Source of the DNA: a virus
Taxonomy: Duplodnaviria > Heunggongvirae > Uroviricota > Caudoviricetes
DNA: 9,421 nt
IMG/VR virus record: IMGVR_UViG_2648501400_000007
Reading direction: 5' to 3' (one strand)
The notes under the pieces were generated by a model, which saw only the letters and a program-made list of their open reading frames with translations, was not told the origin of the DNA and made no database searches. The translations under genes were made by a program, and so were the position numbers. Within the stretch, counting starts at the first letter, position 1. Each line of letters starts with the position of its first letter. Shown here in pieces: positions 1 through 5,579 of this stretch.

Positions 1-504
1 CGGGTGAGTGTGGCTGACGGGCGCCTTGCCGGCTGCAAGGTCGTATGCAGCCTTGACCGCCTTCGGCGTGGCAGCCTCAGTTTCTGATTGACTGTCCGTG
101 GCGCTGCTCAGTTGTACGGTGCCTTTTGCCGTCAGCGAGGCAGCAGGCACTCCCGTTATCTGACTCCACGGGTGAGTGTGGCTGACGGGCGCCTTGCCGG
201 CTGCAAGGTCGTATGCAGCCTTGACCGCCTTCGGCGTGGCAGCCTCAGTTTCTGATTGACTGTCCGTGACGCTGCTCAGTTGTACGGTGCCTTTTGCCGT
301 CAGCGAGGCAGCAGGCACTCCCGTTATCTGACTCCACGGGTGAGTGTGGCTGACGGGCGCCTTGCCGGCAGCCAGGTCATATGCAGCCTTGACGGCCTTT
401 GGTGTGGCGGCCTGCGTTTCAGAGGTGCTGTTGGTGGCACTGCTCAGTTGGGTGAACCCCTTAGCTGTCAGTGTCGCGTCCGGGTGGTTACGGGAACGTA
501 CGTG
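1..504. repeat. 168-bp (56-codon) in-frame tandem repeat inside the tail fiber gene: units 1-168 and 169-336 differ at one base, third unit 337-504 is diverged after about 32 nt
   Basis: Direct comparison of the sequence: 'cgggtgagtgtggctgacgggcgccttgccgg...' begins at 1, 169 and 337. The period is a multiple of 3 and the frame stays open. The array may continue beyond the window start. Confidence 0.9.
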
Positions 505-678
505 TTCAGCCAGTGACTGTGCGGCTTCCTCCGTTTTTTTCTTCAGCCATTTCGTCCTGTTTGCCAGTTGCCGGGGGGCTCGATTTGATATCCCGTCAGC
601 ACCACCCAGAACCGGATCTGATGTCTCCAGTTGATAGATATTTTCTTCCCACTTTTCTGTTTCATTCAGGTTTCCCAT
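1..678 (-). CDS. Tail fiber protein, N-terminal part (ATG at 678..676; 226 codons with no stop, continues beyond window start)
   Basis: My own translation of the minus strand from ATG 678..676 gives MGNLNETEKWEENIYQLETSDPVLGG...RSRNHPDATLTAKGFTQLSSATNSTSETQAATPKAVKAAYDLAAGKAPVSHTHPWSQITGVP..., with repeated 'TAKGxxQLSSxTxSxSETxAATPKAVKAAYDLAAGK' units typical of phage tail fiber repeats (P2 gpH / lambda Stf type). Starts 2 nt after the gpI-like stop. Absent from the ORF track, which appears to list only ORFs complete within the window. Confidence 0.85.
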   Translation of the reverse strand, partial: MGNLNETEKWEENIYQLETSDPVLGGADGISNRAPRQLANRTKWLKKKTEEAAQSLAEHVRSRNHPDATLTAKGFTQLSSATNSTSETQAATPKAVKAAYDLAAGKAPVSHTHPWSQITGVPAASLTAKGTVQLSSVTDSQSETEAATPKAVKAAYDLAAGKAPVSHTHPWSQITGVPAASLTAKGTVQLSSATDSQSETEAATPKAVKAAYDLAAGKAPVSHTHP

Positions 679-680
679 AA

Positions 681-1259
681 TCAACTGCTCCCGTGGTTAT
701 AACTGCCATCATGGATGGCGGTATTGTTATAGCGAATGGCCACAGACTGATACTCCAGGCTGGCCAGATGGCAGCGGGCCGGTGCAAATGCAGCGAGCGT
801 CTGACGCAGCATCGCGGCCTGATCGTTAGTAATGGGCTGTTTCAGAATAACGCGATAAACCGCCCAGGCGGTTGCATCTCCATGAACAAACAGTCCGCTA
901 TAGCTGCGATTGCCGTCGTAACTGAGACGACCTGTGCCTTCAATCAGATCCACTTCACCAAAGCCAAAACGGCGGATAACTTCCCGGATTGACCACGGCG
1001 TCCCTTTATACCGGTGCAGTTCGATGGCTGCTTTTATAAGCATGCGGCGAACATCGTCCGATTCCGCCAGCTCCCAGCCATCGCCAGACAGTGAGAACTG
1101 CTCGCCCAGCCATGGCAGCGCAGAACTGTCGACGATATCGACGAGAAAGACCATCAGTACGCTCAGGTCGATGTTATCCAGCCGCCCTGCCAGTCTTCCC
1201 AGCGTCCTGAGACTGATATCACCCTCAAGCGGTGGCGGGAGTTGTAATGGCTCAGTCAT
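681..1259 (-). CDS. Baseplate assembly protein, P2 gpI-like
   Basis: Track ORF 681..1271 (GTG start). I place the start at ATG 1259..1257, which overlaps the upstream gene stop as ATGACTGA (translational coupling). Position directly after the J-like gene and before the tail fiber matches P2/Mu baseplate order; size about 192 aa. Confidence 0.75.
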   Translation of the reverse strand: MTEPLQLPPPLEGDISLRTLGRLAGRLDNIDLSVLMVFLVDIVDSSALPWLGEQFSLSGDGWELAESDDVRRMLIKAAIELHRYKGTPWSIREVIRRFGFGEVDLIEGTGRLSYDGNRSYSGLFVHGDATAWAVYRVILKQPITNDQAAMLRQTLAAFAPARCHLASLEYQSVAIRYNNTAIHDGSYNHGSS

Positions 1260-2355
1260 CAGACACTCCACTCATGTTAAGTGTGATCGCCGTACAGTTT
1301 GCCCATTCGTTTTCTGCCACCACCCTCAGTGCCGGTGTCACCAGTTCAACCTGGTACACCCCGGAAACGGACAATGCACTGATAATCTGGCTGGGGACAA
1401 TATCACGCCCCAGCGTGGCGGCACGTGATGCCACCCAGTTCTGTATGGCGCTGTTAGCGGCATCTTTTACAGACCTGGCATCCTGATCACGATAGATCGT
1501 AATCCTGGCTTCAATGGTGTAATCCACCTTCACTGGTGTTTTAGCCCGCACTGTATCAGTGAGTGGCCTGACTTTCTCATCAGAGCAGAAACTCTCTACC
1601 AGCGTGAGAACACCGCCGTCCGGCAGACCGGTACTGAGCAGCGGATACAGATCTACGGTCCCGGGAACCGGGGAAAGCACAGCAACATCGACAATGTTGG
1701 GATGGGCCTGCATGGCATGAAAGCGGTATGCGCCACGGCTTCCGGCATTGGTGAATGACTCCGGGGCCAGCCTGATACGCTCCCGGAGCCTGTCATCGTC
1801 TTCCTGTTCTGAACCGCCGGAACTGGCCATCAGATTGCTCACCAGCAGGTTAACGTTATCAATCTCATCGAGTAACTGACTGACCTGCGCAGGTTGCCAG
1901 CCGTTACCAGCGGTACCGGGTTCGGTACAGGTGGCCGTGACATTGACCAGCAGCAATCCGGCCTTCAGTACCACATCTGTATCGGTGGCAAAAATAACGC
2001 TGTCGGAAGCGCTGACGCGGGTGCCTGCCGGGATCAGCACATCAATGGCCAGTGCCTCATCTACGGAGAACTGGAGCGTGGTGGTGGCAGGCTGCGCGGC
2101 AAGACGGTATACACCGACCAGTTCACCGAGGTAATCAATCATCGGCTCACGGGCAAAGGCGACCAGATTCTGCTTTGCTGCCTCCTGTACCGCAACCCTG
2201 ACCAGCATTTCGCGATAGGCCCACAGATCAATCAGCAGACGTTCTGCCTGTGCCGGGTACAGCGTTTTGCCGGTATCCGCTTCATACTTCGCAATCATTT
2301 CTGCCGTGATTTTGTCGGCATCGCGTTCAATAAAATCGGGTTCTGTCAGCGCCAT
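1252..2355 (-). CDS. Baseplate J-like protein (P2 gpJ family)
   Basis: 367-aa ORF with ATG at 2355..2353, overlapping the W-like stop by 10 nt. Size and position between the W-like and I-like genes match the baseplate wedge protein J of P2/Mu-type tails. Confidence 0.8.
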   Translation of the reverse strand: MALTEPDFIERDADKITAEMIAKYEADTGKTLYPAQAERLLIDLWAYREMLVRVAVQEAAKQNLVAFAREPMIDYLGELVGVYRLAAQPATTTLQFSVDEALAIDVLIPAGTRVSASDSVIFATDTDVVLKAGLLLVNVTATCTEPGTAGNGWQPAQVSQLLDEIDNVNLLVSNLMASSGGSEQEDDDRLRERIRLAPESFTNAGSRGAYRFHAMQAHPNIVDVAVLSPVPGTVDLYPLLSTGLPDGGVLTLVESFCSDEKVRPLTDTVRAKTPVKVDYTIEARITIYRDQDARSVKDAANSAIQNWVASRAATLGRDIVPSQIISALSVSGVYQVELVTPALRVVAENEWANCTAITLNMSGVSDD

Positions 2356-2693
2356 AGCAGCTCCTGAGTCCGGGTCTGTCCGTCTGAGCCTTTCCAGCTC
2401 ACCCGGAGCGTAAGATGTTCGCCGTCGACGGCGGGTTTAACTGACATAAGCTGGCAGCGGGGCTCCCAGCGCCGGATGGCATCGACGGATTCGCGCACCA
2501 CATGCGGAATGGCCCGGTCTACAGGCCAGTCGATATAAAGATGCAGATTGCTGCCGAACTCCGGGCGATGCGGGTCGCTGCCGCGGGGAGTCCGCAGGAT
2601 AATTTGAATCGCCTGCCGGATATCATCCAGCCCCCGGACAATTTCGCCGGGAGCCTGCAGGGCTGGTTGCCAGAATACTGAGGTTGTTTTCAT
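2346..2693 (-). CDS. Baseplate wedge protein, gpW/gp25-like
   Basis: 115-aa ORF, ATG at 2693..2691. Contains ...IxQxIxIILRTPxGSxPxRPEFGSxL...WEPR...SV..., resembling the P2 gpW / T4 gp25 family as I recall it; same length as P2 gpW. Confidence 0.8.
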   Translation of the reverse strand: MKTTSVFWQPALQAPGEIVRGLDDIRQAIQIILRTPRGSDPHRPEFGSNLHLYIDWPVDRAIPHVVRESVDAIRRWEPRCQLMSVKPAVDGEHLTLRVSWKGSDGQTRTQELLWR

Positions 2694-2711
2694 GGGGGCA
2701 GTATTGCCCCC
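2694..2711 (-). promoter_or_regulatory. Perfect 7-bp-stem hairpin (GGGGGCA-gtat-TGCCCCC) immediately 5' of the W-like start codon, within the only sizeable intergenic gap (54 nt) in the operon
   Basis: Seen directly in sequence at 2694-2711. No U-tract follows on either strand, so it is not a canonical intrinsic terminator; it could sequester a GGGGG Shine-Dalgarno-like element. Confidence 0.3.
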
Positions 2712-2747
2712 GTGCGGGAACGCTGATATTAAAGGCGTTTAAAAAGC

Positions 2748-3344
2748 TCAGTGGGAGTGGTGGCTGGAGTTTTCGCCATCAGACAACATACTGCCCGTGG
2801 CATGGGCATTCCCTTTAATCTCGATATTGCCATGGATGGTCGCGGTAACACCTTCACCACCAGAACCCGCCATGCCTCCTTCGTAAATCAGCTTACCCCT
2901 GACACGCAGATCTCCGGTAAGTTCGGTTTCCGGTGCGTCAATCGTGGCTTTCTGTGTTTTCAATACCACATCAGCACCACACTCAATGACAATATGCTCA
3001 ATGCCGCCCCGGATGATCAGAGTGTGCGTCTTCCGGTTGTAGCTGTACTCTGCACCATCAGCAAACCGGGTTCCCCGGATATTTTTGTCACTGAACGGTG
3101 GTTTATCGACGTCTGAATACACCGCGCCCAGAATAACACCATCCTCGCCGTTGGCATCGAGCAGCACCTCAACCTGCTCCCCCACGTCAGGGAGCCAGTA
3201 ATCTTTGTTATCCTGGGTATTGCGCTGCAGCACGTTAAGCCAGTTTGTGCGCAGGTTATCGCATTCAGGCAGACGAACGCGGGCCTGAACCCTGTCGGCA
3301 TCAACGGCACTGACCGTACCGACCTGACGAGTGACACCAGTCAT
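2748..3344 (-). CDS. Baseplate central spike protein, gpV-like
   Basis: 198-aa ORF, ATG at 3344..3342 overlapping the D-like stop (ATGA), preceded by AAGGAG. N-terminal part has W.PDVGEQVEVL similar to P2 gpV; C-terminus ends ...SSHHSH. Located between the hub and W-like genes. Confidence 0.8.
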   Translation of the reverse strand: MTGVTRQVGTVSAVDADRVQARVRLPECDNLRTNWLNVLQRNTQDNKDYWLPDVGEQVEVLLDANGEDGVILGAVYSDVDKPPFSDKNIRGTRFADGAEYSYNRKTHTLIIRGGIEHIVIECGADVVLKTQKATIDAPETELTGDLRVRGKLIYEGGMAGSGGEGVTATIHGNIEIKGNAHATGSMLSDGENSSHHSH

Positions 3345-4495
3345 TTTTTCTTCTCCTTAATCACCGTCGATGTACTGCCATCCGGGTGATAAACCGTGAG
3401 TTTCTGAGTTTTTTGTTTTTTCCCTCTTGTGACTGGCCCCCGTGCCACTTCCAGCTCTGTGGTGTAGCCGCTGTTACGGTCAAACGCATGGCGGGCAGTG
3501 GTTATGAGCCATGGCCCGGATAACTGCCCAAAACTCACCAGTTCAATTTTGTTGCCTGCTGCCAGTTGAGGTGTTCCCGTCAGCGTCAGGGAGCCGTTCT
3601 GCTGGTATTCGTTATGTCTGGCCAGTGCTGAATCCGCTTTAATCCGGGCACTGTCCGGGTCGCTGACGCGGCTGTTAACTTTAAGTGAGTCAGCGCTGGT
3701 AACCTTACCACCTTTGAGCTTTTTGTCGCTTTCACGGGTACCACCATCAGCTTCGTAGACGATCAGTTTTTTACTGCTGCTTTTCTGGTGTTTTACCTTT
3801 GCAGATTTATAGACCCGGTTGATGGTGTCACGCAGGGAAAAGCGGGCCACATCCTGCGGTTTTAACTGCCTGACCGGCTCCTGACTGCGCAGTGTGGCCA
3901 GATGAGAAAAAATCAGCTGGTCACTGACCACTTTCACTGCATAACCATACTCGCTGGCCAGCCGGCGCAGAAAACCCACGTCGGTTTCAGCATACTGGGT
4001 CACCCGGTCGATTCTGATGGACTCAATGCTGCCCACCAGTTTCAGTCGGTGCTTTCTGGCAATCCGCCCCGCAACAGCTGCCAGCGTGGTGTTCTCAAAA
4101 CCACGACTGATTTTAGTCCGCAGGGCACTGTTAACCGAGGTGGCCACCCCACGGATAGAAACAACGGAAGCGGGCGAACTCACTTCGATCTCGTCTATAG
4201 AGAACGTACCGCAGGACAGCAGCTTCTCGCCCTGATAGCCCATTTTCAGCGTCAGCGTGTCACCCTTGCCCGGATACCACTTATCCAGCCAGCGGCCATC
4301 GGTGTCGTCCAGCTCCACCTCAATGGTATCGGACTCATTTTTGATGTTATCGCTCCAGGTCACACGGGTGACATAAGGCGCGATATCAGAGGTGATGTTT
4401 TTCTGCAGATACCACAGAGTGAACACCGGTGTCAGCACATCGCTGACGCCGGTTAACGCTGATGTGACTTGCGCAGTGCTGTTTATCTCAGCCAT
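3341..4495 (-). CDS. Baseplate hub protein, P2 gpD-like (phage late control D family)
   Basis: 384-aa ORF (P2 gpD is of similar size), ATG at 4495..4493 overlapping the X-like stop by 13 nt. Position after U/X and before the spike gene. Confidence 0.8.
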   Translation of the reverse strand: MAEINSTAQVTSALTGVSDVLTPVFTLWYLQKNITSDIAPYVTRVTWSDNIKNESDTIEVELDDTDGRWLDKWYPGKGDTLTLKMGYQGEKLLSCGTFSIDEIEVSSPASVVSIRGVATSVNSALRTKISRGFENTTLAAVAGRIARKHRLKLVGSIESIRIDRVTQYAETDVGFLRRLASEYGYAVKVVSDQLIFSHLATLRSQEPVRQLKPQDVARFSLRDTINRVYKSAKVKHQKSSSKKLIVYEADGGTRESDKKLKGGKVTSADSLKVNSRVSDPDSARIKADSALARHNEYQQNGSLTLTGTPQLAAGNKIELVSFGQLSGPWLITTARHAFDRNSGYTTELEVARGPVTRGKKQKTQKLTVYHPDGSTSTVIKEKKK

Positions 4496-4695
4496 GGGGC
4501 AATATCCTCTTCTGTACGGGCTTCTTCAGCCTCAATCACCGGGATCAGTAACAACAGCCCGGAGGGCAGCACCGGCGTGATGGCCACGTGCGGATTGGCG
4601 GCAATAATCCGGGGATAGCCCAGCGGGTCACCGTAGTACTGCCATGCCAGCGAATCCCAGCGCTCTCCGTCACGGGTAACATGTTCAAGAAACAT
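4483..4695 (-). CDS. Tail protein X-like (LysM-type)
   Basis: 70 aa from ATG 4695..4693 (the track's 4698 start is a GTG one codon upstream). The ATG overlaps the upstream stop as TGATG. Sequence ...WDSLAWQYYGDP...IIAANP...LPSGLLLLIP matches the pattern I recall for P2 gpX (...YYG...LAANP...LP.G...LP). Confidence 0.75.
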   Translation of the reverse strand: MFLEHVTRDGERWDSLAWQYYGDPLGYPRIIAANPHVAITPVLPSGLLLLIPVIEAEEARTEEDIAPWLR

Positions 4696-5579
4696 CACAC
4701 ACTCCTCGTCAGTATTCTGGCGGCCATTGCACTTAATCCCGGAGACATGCGGTTGAATGCTGTGCCGGCGGCGTTAAGCTGCCCGGAAACGGTATCCAGA
4801 GCACCTGCAATATTTCTTTTGTCCACACCACTCAGCGCAGACTGTGCCTGCTGTACATACGTGGCTGCTTCGCTGGCTGTTCTGGCCAGACTGATGGCAT
4901 CGGGCATGGATTCAGAGAGTGCGTTAAACGCCGGAACACTTTTCCCCAGAGCCCCGGAGATATTACCCAGTCCGCTCATCAGCCCCGGCACACGGGTCAG
5001 TGCGACAACGGGGTTATCCTTCATTTTCTGTGTCACCCGAACGGCGCTGATAGTGGTCTGGAGTACAGACTGCGCCTGTTTCGCATAGTTGACGCCGTTG
5101 CGGATGAACTGCGCCACCCCGGAAGGTGAAGGAATGGCACCGGAGACCGCCCCGACACCCGGGAGCTTCGTGCGTATTGCCGGTGGTTGCAGAGGATTTT
5201 TCGGATCACCGGTGTATTCCCGGAGAGACACGGTGGCACTGACAGCCAGCACGTTACCGGTGCTGTCTGTCTGCTCGCTGGTTGCGGTCACATCGGTAAT
5301 CACGAACCAGCCACGATAGTCACCGTTGCCGAAGACCAGCGCCAGTGCCTGATGGGCTTTCATGGTTGTTCGCAGTCTCGCCAGCTCCACATCGGGTACA
5401 CAATAATGCTGATGGAAGACCAGACTGATCTGGATTTCGTCCAGCCTGTCGCCGACGAACTGCAGGCCAGGCTTACCCCCGATGCGGGCATGCTCCGCAT
5501 AATCGACGCCGAACGTGGCCTCGAAGCCGTCCCAGTAGGTAATCAGCTCAAACTCAATATCACCCAGTACGGCAAACAT
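4695..5579 (-). CDS. gpU-like tail protein (tail terminator / DNA-circulation-N-like N-terminal domain) with a long Ala/Ser/Gly-rich C-terminal extension
   Basis: 294-aa ORF, ATG at 5579..5577 overlapping the tape measure stop (TGATG). N-terminus MFAVLGDIEFELIT... resembles the gpU-family N-terminus as I recall it; position immediately after the tape measure gene. The family assignment is less certain than for neighbouring genes. Confidence 0.55.
   Translation of the reverse strand: MFAVLGDIEFELITYWDGFEATFGVDYAEHARIGGKPGLQFVGDRLDEIQISLVFHQHYCVPDVELARLRTTMKAHQALALVFGNGDYRGWFVITDVTATSEQTDSTGNVLAVSATVSLREYTGDPKNPLQPPAIRTKLPGVGAVSGAIPSPSGVAQFIRNGVNYAKQAQSVLQTTISAVRVTQKMKDNPVVALTRVPGLMSGLGNISGALGKSVPAFNALSESMPDAISLARTASEAATYVQQAQSALSGVDKRNIAGALDTVSGQLNAAGTAFNRMSPGLSAMAARILTRSV

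Noticed and set aside
1-504. CRISPR array or diversity-generating retroelement as explanation for the repeats
   Set aside because: Units are 168 bp with no spacers, in frame inside a coding sequence; the single difference between units is not an adenine-specific substitution pattern and no reverse transcriptase gene is present in the window.
256-680. Plus-strand ORFs 256..516, 344..634 and 471..680 from the track
   Set aside because: They lie antisense to the tail fiber reading frame, which is continuous, stop-free and has clear tail-fiber repeat motifs; the plus ORFs run across the 168-bp repeat with no start signals or recognisable products.
681-4698. Longer GTG-initiated versions of the gpI-like (start 1271) and gpX-like (start 4698) genes as given by the track
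   Set aside because: In-frame ATGs at 1259 and 4695 give the ATGA/TGATG stop-start overlaps seen at other junctions of this operon; the GTG extensions would overlap the upstream gene further without better ribosome-binding sites.
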